From NCBI GenBank assembly GCA_030390025.1, contig CM059431.1, forward strand, positions 124,560,001 through 124,624,000: a stretch of DNA of 64,000 nt. The letters are read 5' to 3'. The DNA comes from Squalus acanthias (Eukaryota). Below the pieces are notes generated by a model that saw nothing but the letters and a program-made list of their open reading frames with translations, was not told the DNA's origin and made no database searches. Shown piece by piece: positions 53,001 through 64,000 of the stretch. Position 1 is the stretch's first letter; each line of letters opens with the position of its first letter. The position numbers and the translations under genes are program-made.

Positions 53001-53243
53001 CCGCAAAGTGCCAGGTCAATTTCGTGGGCGGCAGTAAAGTCACCGCGCTCGGGTGGTAAGTCGTTAGGCACTAACGGGAGGCGCTAACCAACTGAATTTT
53101 TCCCCCATGGTTCTATTTATGAAGCCCAGTATCCCGTATGCTTTTTTAACTGCTTTGCCAACCTGCCCTGCCACCTTCAACGATTTGTGCACATATACCC
53201 CCAGCTCTCTCTGTTCATGCACCCCCTTTAGCATTGTACCCTT
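50030..53243 (-). mobile_element. CR1 3' end inserted in intron 1 of the family A Myb gene, itself split (50030-50649 and 53107-53243)
   Basis: [38 protein letters not shown]; tail (atagaatc)n; resumes KKAYGILGFINR. Confidence 0.92.
50650..53106. mobile_element. Harbinger family B-related element: Myb/SANT gene (+, from 51008) and truncated transposase (-, from 52637)
   Basis: Perfect 12-bp TIR GGGGGAAAAATT; flanks at(g); RFSDQAFVALVGAVERRRAVLFP, RTHTQCRKKFNNLIRVV, AKLSHNWREQQCTGGG; GRLRFSKEVVTELC. Confidence 0.88.
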
Positions 53244-54764
53244 TGGAGTGGGGTGGAAATGCCAAGTGGCCTCCTTGTGTGTTGTTAGTTGGTATGATTG
53301 CATTAGGATGAGGGTGAGTGTGAGGGGTGGTTAGTCAGATGGGGATGTGAAAATATAGATAGAGAGAGAGGGATGGGTGGATATGCAAGGTATGTTGGTG
53401 TGAGTAAGGATGTGCAGGAGTTGGCTTGGGAAGGCAGATTGATGGGGATGTGATGAGAGGCACAGCAGGATGAAGTTGAGTGTGGCTTTGCACTCACCTT
53501 TCCTGATCTAATGAGATCATTGAAACGTTTCTAGCACTTCACCCAGGTCCTCCTCACAACATCCCTGCTGTTGACCTCCTCTGCTATTTGGAGCCAGGCT
53601 CCTTTGGTCTACTGGGAAGTTCTCTTCCACCCATCGGAAGGGAAGAGGACCTCCCTGCGTGCTCTCACTCCCTCCACAAGCATATGGGGGGAGTCATCTG
53701 AGAACTTGGGTGTAGCCTTCTGTCTCTGTGCAGTCATGTTTTCTAGTCTTTCCAACACTCCAATGGTCCAGTGCAGTACCTGCACAATCCGAGATGAACC
53801 TTCAAATGCAATGTTGCCATGGCTGCTTTAAATATCCCAGCTGAAAACACGTCATCTATGATGTCATCAGACCCGTACCATTTAATAGGGCCGGGTAACG
53901 CGCAGGGCTGCCTTAATAGGTGCATTAAGGGAAAGTCAATCTCAGGAGTTGGATGAAATGAAGAACGGGGTCGCGACCCGCCACGGAGACCACCCACACC
54001 TGACCCACCCAGGTACAGAAAATTCCGGCCTATGAGACCAATAATGTAGTGTCGGCACAATTCTTCTAGGTCTGCAGTGATTTTGCATGACAATACAAGG
54101 TCACTTTATTTAAATATTTTAGTCACATTGTCTGCATATAGTCCATGATGTGCTTGGAGGACCAGAAGATCGAATGTTAGACACCAGTGCGATGAAGCGG
54201 CTGCTGATTGCCTGTACTGTGCTACAATTATGTGGTAGGGCTCAAAGTACCTACTGAAGAATTGCCCATGAAAGCATGGAGAAAATTTGGCCATAAGTAA
54301 AGGTGACCAAGGAAAGGGCCGCCCTGGAGCTAAATGTTATCTTTTTTACGTGGACCTCCACTTCAGTGCCCATTGGAAACCGTCTCCAATGCTACTCAAG
54401 TGCTCCAGTCCTATTATGGAGAGGCAACCTAATTTGAATAATTTCTGGGGACTTAATGAATCATGTGCATTATTGTTGCAAAGGCTCCTATCATGCTAGA
54501 CATTACCTGGTCATATCGAGGTACGCTGAGCTCATCAGACGTGGAATAGACTTTAGGCCCCTATTACTGATAATAAAGAACCCCAGTGCCCAAAGTGTTG
54601 TAGAACTTCAGGTATCTACCATTGCATTATTGTACCTAATGAAACAGAAGCACCCTGATCCTTTTGGATCTTATATTATCAAATAGCAAACACTTGTGCA
54701 CAATTTGTGTATGGACATGTTGCTGTAACATATTGCACATATCACAGCACAAATGATTTTTAAA

Positions 54765-55170
54765 ATTTCTTCGAGATGTGGGCCTTATTGGCAAGGACAG
54801 CATTTATTGCCCATCCCTAGCTGCCCTGAGAATGTGATGTTGGGCCTTTTCTTTGAACCGCAGCAACTTGATACGATTGAGTGGCTTGCTCGGCCAATTC
54901 AGAGGGCAGTTAAGAGTCAACTGCATTGGTATGGGTACTGGAGTCACATATAGGCCAGACCGGGTAAGGACAGTTTTTCCATAAAGAACATAAGTTAACC
55001 AGTTAAGTTGTTATGGCAATTTGCCAACTTCATGGTCAATTTACTGATACCAGCTTTTTATTTCCATATTTTTTAATTTTTTTTAAACTGAATTTAAATT
55101 CTCAAACTGCCATTGTGGGATTTGAACTCACGCTCTCTGGATTATTAGTCCAGGCCTCTGGATTACTAAA
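54765..55170 (-). mobile_element. tRNA-headed SINE sharing its tail with the LINE at 56010-56300
   Basis: Minus-strand B-box-like gagttcaaatccc near 55120; tail gctgcggttcaaag..agggatgggcaataaatgc. Confidence 0.65.
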
Positions 55171-55685
55171 CCATTAATTTGGTAAAATATTTAGAAATAG
55201 AAATTCCACTGCAGAATTTCATAAAGGTTTTTGATAATAGAAGACTGTCTAAAATGTTAAGTCAGGCAAGTCATTATTATTTTCAACTTGTTAGAATTGT
55301 TAGCATGCTGAAATAAAAGAAGACACAGTTGTAGTAACTTTGAATGTAAAGTCAGTCATGCCTTTATTATTTTCAATATGTTCAGCATCGTCAAGTCCAA
55401 TCCTTTTCAGTGCTTATTGCTTGTGCAATTCTCATTTCATGTTTAAAGGTTTCTCCCGAGAAACAGCATCACTTTTCCCACTTCTTGCTCTCCTATTATT
55501 AATCTTTAAACACAAAGAATGTTTTTTTCTGCAGCACAGTTTATTTTCAATCATGCGTAGTCTAATTAACATTAGCCTGCTGTTATTATTTGTACTACCT
55601 ATATTTCTACATCCTTCTTAACTTTTTCTGTGAAAGTCCGACCATTTTACATATATTTACAACTACCACTAAACTGTTTATATCT

Positions 55686-56540
55686 CAACAACAAGAACTT
55701 GCATTTATATAGTGCCTTTAACGCAGCAAAATGCCCCAAGGCGCATCACAGGAGCGCTTTCAAACAAAATTTGACACAGAGCCACATAAGGGGATATTAG
55801 GATGGGTGACAGAAAGCTTGTTTAAAGAAGGAGGTTTTCAGAGCCGTCTTAAAGGAGGAGAGAGAAGTAGAGAGGTGGAGGGAATGCCAGAGCTCAGGGT
55901 CAAGGCAGCTCAAGGCACGGCCATCAAGGGTGGAGCGACGAAAATCGGGGATGCACGCGAGGCAAGAATTGGAGGAGCACAGAGCTCTCAAAGGACTGGA
56001 GGAGGTCCCAAACCCACGACCTCTACCATCTAGAAGGACAAGGGCAGCAGGCGCATGGGAACACCATCACCTCCAAATTCCCCTCCAAATCACACACCAT
56101 CCTGACTTGGAAATTTATCGCAGTTCCTTTATCGCCGCTGGGTCAAAATCCTGGAACTCACTCTCTAACCGCACTATGGGGGTACCTTAACCACAAGGAC
56201 TGCTGCGGTTCAAGACGGCAGCTCAGTACCTTCCCAAGGGCAATTAGGGATGAGCAATAAATGCCCAGCGACGCCCACAACCTAGGAACTAATAAAAAAA
56301 ATATGAAGGGGCGAGGCCAGTAAGGGTTTTGAAAACAAGGTTGAAAATGTTTAATTTGAGGCGTTGCCAGACTAGGAGCCAATGTAGGTCAGCATGCACA
56401 GGGAAGATGGGTGAATGGGATTTGGCATGAGTTAAGATTTGAGCAGAAGAGTTTTGGATGAGCTCAAGTTTACGGAGGTTGCAGGCCAGCCAGGAAAGCA
56501 TTGGAATAGACATGTCTAGAGGTAACAAAGGCATGGATCA
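55686..56540 (-). mobile_element. L2 3' fragment interrupted by a + strand LINE 3' end (56010-56300; clade uncertain)
   Basis: RKLELIQNSSAQILT, ADLHWLLVWQRLK, LSSFKTALKTSFF and a (caa)n tail; the insert encodes SFIAAGSKSWNSL and ends in poly-A. Confidence 0.75.
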
Positions 56541-56960
56541 TAGAATGCTATAGCACAGAAGGAGGCCATTCGGCCCATCTTGCCTCATTGAAAGAGTTAT
56601 CCAATTAGTCCCACTCCCCTGCTCTTTCCCTATAGCCCGGAAAACTTTTCCTTTTCAGGTATTTATCCAATTCCCTTTTGAAAGTTATTATTGAATCTGC
56701 TTCCACCGCCCTTTCAGGCAGTACATTCCAGTTCACTGCGTAAATTTATTTTTCCTCATGTCGCCTCTGGTACTTTTGCCAATTACCTTAAAATGGTGTC
56801 CTCTGGTTACTGACCTTTCTGTCACTGGAAAAGGTTTCTCTTTATTTACTCTATCAAAACCCTTCAAGATTTTGAACACCTCAATCAAATCCTCGCTAAA
56901 CCTTCTCTGCTTTAAGGAGAACAACTCCAGTTTCTCTTGTCTTTCCATATAACCAAAGCC
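56540..56960 (-). mobile_element. CR1 3' end fragment
   Basis: LFSLKQRRFSEDLIEVFKILKGFDRV..TRGHHFKVIGK. Confidence 0.85.
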
Positions 56961-57315
56961 TTCGGGGTGAATTTTTTGGTGGGTCAGCAGGCAGGTCGGG
57001 TGGGAAAATGTTTTTTTTTGACAGCGGATCAAGACTCCACTGTCAACCCGCCGCCACGCGCCTGTCCCAGATGTCAGGTCTGTCAGCTCTGAACAGAACC
57101 AACATGCAGTGGTGGGGGAAGCAATTCAGGTCATTTTGACCTTGTTAACAGCCCATTAAGAGGTATTTTGAGCTCACCTTTACATTCTACGAGGTGGCCC
57201 ACGGGGTCCACATGGCTCAGGGATCACGGTAGGTAAGCAGCTCGGGAGTTGTATGACCATGGGATCTTCTCTTTACTTGACAGCTGCAAATGTGCTATAA
57301 AAGCTCCCATCTCAC

Positions 57316-59120
57316 GTAAGAACATAAGAACATAAGAAATAGTAGCAGGAGTAGGCCATTCAGCCCTTTGAGCCTGCTCCGCCATTCAATGAGATCATGG
57401 CTGATCTTCTGCCTCAACTCCATTCACCGGCCCTATCGCCATATCCCTTGATGCCCTTACTAGTCAGAAATCTATCGACTTCTGTTTTGAATATACCCAA
57501 TGACTGAGCCTCCACAGCCCTCTGGGGTAGAGAATTCCAAAGATTCACCACCCTCTGTGTGAAGAAATTTCTTCTCATCTCAGTCCTGAATAGCCTACCC
57601 TTTATCCTAAGGCTGTGGCCCCTGGTTCTAGACTCCCCAGCCAAGGGAAACATTCTCCCAGCATCCACCCTATCAAGCCCTGCAATAATTTTGTATGCTT
57701 CAATGAGATCCCCTCTCATTCTTCTGAATTCAAGAGAATACAGGCCTAGTTTTCTCAATCACTTCTCATACTATGAAGGAATAAGCCATATTCAGAAAAA
57801 TACACCATTCTATGAAATAATTCTGTCCTTATTGTAACATGACAAACTGGGCTTGAAAATCTAAAAACCTAACAATGGAGAAGCTGTAGCAGCATTCAGG
57901 CTATTGAGATAAGATAAGTTGTTGACACTGAATCAATAACCTTATTGAAACAGGAGGTTGGAGGTTCCTGATAGTCTGAAGCCTTGGAAAGAACACAATG
58001 GTACACCCTGTTAAGGTGTCTTAAATTACACTTAGGAAAGAAACACAGAAAATTAAGAAACATATGCCTTCGTAAAAATGACATCAAATGAAACACAGGA
58101 GACACGATTCTGTGTTGCAACCAGCTGAGGTAACTAAGAAGACAATGGTGCACCCGGTTGAGGTGTTTTAATGTACACGTCGTAAAAAGATACAAACAGA
58201 AGACCTTGGTAAGAATGACATCAAATAGATGCATCTGCTGTCACACCGTTTTTATGATAAGATTCGAACACCTAGGGTAGAGACATAATTCTTAATGCTA
58301 CCAGCTGAACTGACTGTAAGAATAGCAGGGGTCAGCAGAAAAATGACTAGAGATAATTAACTTACATCAGCAGAAAACTTCAAAGGAAATACCACTGAGA
58401 AAGGATATAAATATTGAACTTTCAAATGGGATGATAGTCTCGCTGTAAAGGGGCAAAGCGATTCTCGGCTTCAGAGGCAAGCTCTGTAAGTCTACAACGT
58501 TTTGTACCTCGGGGATCAAAGGTATCAAAGGTATTTGATTTTGGTGGATATACTGAAATAAAACTAAGAACTGGAAAAATGTAACGAAGTTAAGATTTGA
58601 GAATAAGGATCTCTGATAATAAGATTGTAAAAGCTTACTGTTTTTGGAACTGTTAATGTTGCGATTGAATCACCAACTGTAATTACATGTCGGTTCTTTA
58701 ATACATCAATATATTATTAGAAATTGTCTCACATAATACTTCTGTATCAAACTTGCGAACTCAATCTCTGTACGCTCTTTGGTGAGGGGTTGCAGAATTC
58801 TGGGGGATTTTTCCGTAACCTCATAATATCCGGAATGTTACAATCTAGCTAAACTTATTAAAAGTGCTATCTGGAGTACGGTAACATCTTCAGGTTGTTC
58901 CTTTCCTTTAGGGAGAGATAGTCTGGACGTTTAGACCCAATTAAGCGTCTTTAGGATTCGGCTAACTCAAACTGTAGTTGAAAGTGAACGTCTGGGGAAT
59001 ACGCCTGATCCGGGGTAGCCCAAAAGGGGCTAGGACTCATAATTATCCCTTCAATACAACAGTCCCGCCTTCCCAGGAGTCAATCTCGTGAACCTTCATT
59101 GCACTCCCTCTATGGCAAGT
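57316..59120 (-). mobile_element. CR1 3' end split by an LTR-like insertion
   Basis: LGLYSLEFRRMRGDLIEAYKI..RRNFFTQRVVNLWNSLP; tail (aagaacat)n; resumes at 59054. Confidence 0.9.
57774..59053 (+). mobile_element. Solo-LTR-like element, 1280 bp
   Basis: TGAAGGAATAA...TTATCCCTTCA; 6-bp TSD ATACTA/ATACAA; TATAAATA at 58406; AATAAA at 58557; direct repeats in the putative U3. Confidence 0.75.
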
Positions 59121-62100
59121 AATAGTAGATGCATTGCTGGTCATCTTCCAAAATTCTATAGACTCTGGAACAGTTCCCATGGATTGGAGGGTAGCTAATG
59201 TAACCCCACTATTTAAACTATGGCAGGGAACATAAAAACTGACTGTAAAAGCTTCTATAGATATGTGAGAGAAAAAGATTGGTGAAGTCAAGCGTAGGTA
59301 CCTTACAGTCAGAATCAGGGGAATTTATAATTGGGAACAAAGAAATGGCAGACCAATTGAATACATACTTTGGTTCTGTCTTCACAAAGGAGGACACAAA
59401 TAACCTCCCAGAGATGTCGGGGAACATAGGGTCTAATGAGAGGGAAGAACTGAATGAAATCAGTATTTGTAGGGAAATGGTGTTAGGGAAATTGACGGGA
59501 TTGAAGGCCGATAAATCCCCAGGGCCTGATAATCTACATCCTAGGGTACTTAAGGAAATGGCCCTAGAAATAGTAGATGCATTGCTGGTCATCTTCCAAA
59601 ATTCTATAGACTCTGGAACAGTTCCCATGAATTGGAGGGTAGCTAATGAAACCCCACTATTTAAAAAAGGTGGGAGAGAGAAAACAGGGAATTATAGACC
59701 GGTAAGCCTGACATCGGTAGTGGGGGAAATGCTAGAGTCCATTTAAAAGATGTAATAGCAGAGCACTTGGAAAACAGTGACAGGATCGGACAAAGTCAAC
59801 ATGGATTTACAAAAGGTAAATCATGCTTGACTAATCTACTGGAATTTTTTGAGGATGTAACTGGTAGATGTAAGGGGGCATGTCTCAGACGGTGCTGGTG
59901 TGAGGTTAGGCCTTCGTTGCCTATACTATTGCTTGCTCTGGTCTCCGGCCAACCTTTTTGCAATAAGCACCTGTGAGTGGTTCGACCCACTCGCCCTTAC
60001 GGTTCTAACACCTGGATTTAGATGCAAGGAGCAGTAATGCAGAGAAAACTCAAATAGACCCGGCTGAATAGTACAAAATGGAAATCTTTATTGCATGGCG
60101 TCTAAAATCATGAAATACATGTCATAGGTGCAAATCAAAGATAGTACAAGTAAACATACATTCATAAAGCTTGGTCTATGGAAATGGAGAACACAAGGCA
60201 CATCGTAAAAAGGGGAACACATTATATCTTAACCTTATTAAAACCACCCTCCCTTAACAATACCTACACTACGTCTGGATTTGTAGGATCGGAAATAATG
60301 CTCACCACTCGTGTTACTTCGGAGATTTTTAAAGTGAGGCACTCAGCTCGTTTCGCTGCAGTGCCTGACTGTCACGTGTTTGGAAAGGTCTCTGCACCCC
60401 ACTTGTTTACTTTCGCTGCTGCGAAAAGCAGGCCAGACTCCCTGTTGTCATGAAGAACTCGACGGAACTCAGATAAAATTCAAAGAAGAGTCTTCCTGTG
60501 TCCGATACAGGTTGTAGTCGGTAGAACTCAAAGAAGAGTCCTGTATCTATATTTTCGGGCGCGGTCGGGGTTTACTGACCGTGGCGGCATGTGGAATTTC
60601 TTCTCGTCTTCTTCTCGTCTCGTCTCCTCGGGCCTCCGGGTCCAGACACCGTTTACCGACACTCGGGATGGTGTACCCTGTTACTTGCCCTTGTCGGGGC
60701 GGCTCGTACCGATTGAGCTCCACCCAACACTCGAATAACCAACCAGTACGACTAAGAGTCAAGAGTCAACAAAGTCCAGAGAAACACAAGAGCCCACAAG
60801 TCAAGCGAGTTCAGCAAGAGACAAGCGAATAAGAGACCGATGGACATTTGTTCTCTATAGTTATAGTGATGTGTCCGCTTTATCTCCCGCTCAAATCTTA
60901 ATGTTTATCCTTTGTGTAATATTGGCGCTCAAAACTCCCAGCATGGGGCGATTATCTTCCTTAACGAGTTTCGGTAGCACCTGAAACTGGCCAACTATCC
61001 GTTAATGTCTTCCCCATTGTTGAACCAGCCAGGATGTGTATGAATCGTCTCCTCGACTGGTTTTGGGGCCCCCCGAATACTGGCTTAATCACCCGTCAAT
61101 GTCTCTCTCATTGTAGAGCCAGGGGGGTATTTGTGTATTGATGTGTCTGGATGGGCCTTCGATTGCCCAGTACAATGATCCTTACTGTGCATAGGAAAAC
61201 GATTCCAGCACTTATATCATTGCTATTGTTTAAAATGCAAATGGGTTGCATCCTGTCTTTATCAGTGTTTACCGAGTATGATCCAATCTTATACTGAATG
61301 TTTATTCAACGCCATCTTGTCTGCCCACTGTGTTTCTGGTAGCTTCTGCCACGATGCGCGGCGGCCATTTTACAGGCTTCTGTGTCCTTTATTATCAGGA
61401 CAGCATTTCGTTTAATAAAACTGATCGAATGAATCTGCTTCTCTTATGTTGTTTTGAATCGCGATAATTGCGAAACTCTACATAGAATAGATAAGGGAGA
61501 ACCAGTGGATGTGGTGTATTTGGACTTTCAGAAGGCTTTCAATAAGGTCCCGCATAAGAGATTAGCGTGAGAAGTTAAAGCACATGGGATTGGGGGTAAG
61601 GTACTGACTTGGATAGAGAACTGGTTGGCAGACAGGAAGCAAAGAGTTGGAATAAACTAGTCTTTTTCCGCGTGGCAGGCAGTGACTAGTGGGGTACCAC
61701 AGGGATCGTTGCTAGGACCCCAGTTATTCACAATATATATAAATGATCTAGACGAGGGAACTAGATGTAATATCTCCGAGTTTGCAGATGACACAAAGCT
61801 GGGTGGGCATGTGTGTTGTGAGGAGGATACAGAGAAACCCAAGTATGATTTGGACAAGTTGGGTGATGCAGTATAATGTGGATAAATGCGAGGTTATCCA
61901 CTTTGGTGGCAAAAACAGGAAGGCAGATTATTATCTGAACGGCAATAGATTGGGAAAAGGGGAAGTGCAATGAGACCTGGGAGTCCTTGTGCACCAGTCA
62001 TTGAAGGTAAGCATGCAGGTGCAGGAGGCGGTTAAGAAGGCAAATGGTATGTTGGCCTTCATAGCGAGAGGATTCGAGTACAGGAGCAAGGATGTCTTGC

Positions 62101-62680
62101 TGCAGTTGTACAGGGCCTTGGTGAGACCACACCTTGAGTATTGTGTGCCGTTTTGGTCGCCTTATCTGAGGAAGGATGTTCTTGCCATGGAGGGAGTGCA
62201 GCGAAGATTCACCAGGCTGATACCTGGGATGGCAGGAATGACGTATGAAGAGAGATTGGGACGATTGGGCTTGTATTGGCTAGAGTTTAGAAGAATGAGA
62301 GGGGATCTCATTGAAACTTATAAAATTCTAACAGGACTAGACAAACTAGATGCAGGAAGGATGTTCCCGATGGCGGGGGAGTCCAGAACCAGGGGTAAGC
62401 CATTTAGGACTGAGATGAGGAGGAATTTCTTCACCCAGAGAGTGGTGAACCTGTGGAATTCTCTACCACAGAAGGCAGTTGAGGCCAATTCATTAAATAT
62501 ATTCCAGAAGGAGTTAGATATATTTCTTCAGGCTAAAGGGATCAAGGGATATGGGGAGAAAGTAGGGACAGGGTACTGAATTTGGATGATCAGCCATGAT
62601 GTCATTAAACGGCGGAGCAGGCTCGAGGGGCCGAATGGCCTACTCCTGCTCTTATTTTCTATGTTTCTATGTTTCTATAT
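59121..62680 (+). mobile_element. CR1 LINE ORF2 RT plus 3' UTR, split by a solo LTR
   Basis: KADKSPGPDNLHPRVLKE, QHGFTKGKSCLTNLLEFFEDVT, GVPQGSLLGPQLFTIYINDLD, EFADDTKLGG; tail (tttctatg)n. Confidence 0.93.
59869..61482 (-). mobile_element. Solo LTR, 1614 bp
   Basis: TGTA...TACA ends; exact 4-bp TSD TAGA at 59865-59868 and 61483-61486; the CR1 sequence joins across it. Orientation is inferred from a minus-strand AATAAA at 60087-60092. Confidence 0.85.
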
Positions 62681-63260
62681 CCTTCCTTAGGTAAGGAGTC
62701 CAAAATTGTAAACAGTACTCCAGGTGTGGTCTCACCAAGGTCCTATATAATTGAAGTAAGACTTCTTTACTCCTGTACTCAAATCTCTTGTAATGAAGGC
62801 CAGCATACCATTTGCCTTCCTAATGGCTTGCTGCACCTGCACATTCACTTTCAGTGACTCATGTACAAGGACACCCAATACCCTTTGAGCATCTGCATTC
62901 CCCAATCTTTCACCATTTAGGAAATACTCTGCCTTTCTGTTTTTTCTACCAAAGTGGATAACTTCACATTTAGCCACATTATATTCCATCTGCCATGTTC
63001 TCGCCCACTCACTGAGCCTGTCAAGATCCCCTTGAATCTTCTTCACATCCTCTTCACAACTGACACTGCCACCTAGCTTTGTATCATCAGCAAATTTGGA
63101 AATGTTTCATTTAGTCCCCTCATCCAAATCATTGATATAGATTGCAAATAGCTGGGGCTTAAGCACCGATCATTGCGGTACCCCACTAGTCACAGCCTGC
63201 CATCCTGAAAAAGACCCGTTTATACCTACTCTTTGTTTTCTGTTCCCTACTCTTTGTTTT
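62680..63260 (-). mobile_element. CR1 RT fragment
   Basis: QGDLDRLSEWARTWQMEYNVAKCEVIHFGRKN. Confidence 0.88.
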
Positions 63261-63773
63261 CTGTTCACTTTCCAAGCTCAGAAGCTGTTGCTTACGGCAT
63301 TTGGAAGAAGCTTTGAGCTTTATGCAGGTTGCAAGTGTTTGGAGTAAAATCTGTATCCAATCTCATTGGAACAACCTCTCTCACCATTGAGAGATCGCTT
63401 CTGTCATCTCAATTTCACCTGCCATCTATTACATCAGCATCGGTGCCCTTGAAACTATCCCACCTTGGTCCTCGGAATCGCACCATGATCAGCCCCAACA
63501 CCAGTAGCACCTGGCACACCAGCAGCACCACCAACAACACCAACCTTCTCCACAATCAACTGATGTTGCACAGGACACAGGGCATCAGCACCTGACCACA
63601 TTGCTGCCCGGTACTCCAAAGATGGCCTCCCCATGGCCAGATTTACTTCACTTGATGCTGTAAACCCTGGCTGCCACAAGATGCGCCAGGTTGGCACCAA
63701 CCCGCACCAACACCATAAAGCATCCCTACAATGACCAAGCCATTCCTTTCACACTCATCACCATTGTGGGGGG

Positions 63774-64000
63774 TGTAAGGGTTTTGTCTCTCAGCCTGTG
63801 AGATTCGCGTGGCTCTGTGCAGCCCGGGTGCTAGTGCGGGTTTAGGCCTTGTTGCCTGTTCTGGTCTCCAGCCAGTCTGGGAGCACTAGACACACCTGTG
63901 AGTGGTTCGACCCACTCGCCCTTACGGTTCTAGACACTGGACTTAGATGCGAGAGCAGTAATGGAGATGAAACTCAGGTAGACTCGGTTGAATGGTACGA
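63774..64000 (-). mobile_element. Start of a related LTR, truncated by the window end
   Basis: Begins TGTAAGGG; homologous to 59869-60080, including an identical 40-bp block. Confidence 0.8.

Larger units (their letters stand above)
43610..54030. mobile_element. Harbinger family A element (inverted relative to 24161-27597), expanded to 10.4 kb by nested insertions
   Basis: TIR GGCCTGAATTTTCTG / CAGAAAATTCCGGCC; TSD TAT at 43607-43609 and 54031-54033. Myb gene on - at about 49030-53740; transposase on +. Confidence 0.92.
56964..63773. mobile_element. Second family C Harbinger derivative (pieces 56964-57315 and about 63261-63773), split by about 6 kb of CR1/LTR insertions
   Basis: Colinear with 33021-33900: gtgctataaaagctcccatc | ctgttcactttccaagctcagaagctgttgctt. 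Confidence 0.8.

Noticed and set aside
59121..59215. Direct repeat of about 95 bp matching 59570-59663, read as an LTR or TSD
   Set aside because: It is internal CR1 ORF2 sequence, so it is most simply a local duplication at a LINE junction.

Overview
Eukaryotic vertebrate DNA, most likely from a cartilaginous fish (inferred from the repeat families). The only intact gene is SLITRK5: a single coding exon at 6908-9517 (+), in a CpG-rich, almost transposon-free zone of about 1.9-12.3 kb. From about 18 kb onward the window is mostly nested mobile DNA. It contains several families of two-gene PIF/Harbinger DNA transposons (HARBI1-like DDE transposase plus a convergent, intron-containing Myb/SANT gene), all decayed. 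It also contains their MITEs, CR1/L2/RTE LINE fragments, tRNA-derived SINEs, a Penelope end with a degenerate hammerhead ribozyme, three solo-LTR-like insertions plus a fourth truncated by the window end, a higher-order minisatellite and an old ~370-bp inverted repeat. Most promising for follow-up: the Harbinger system (reconstructable genes, non-canonical TSDs, subterminal motifs, deep nesting), the conserved 40-bp hairpin in an LTR family, and the inverted-repeat element. Family names come from motif recognition only; no searches were run, and repeat boundaries without a TSD are approximate.
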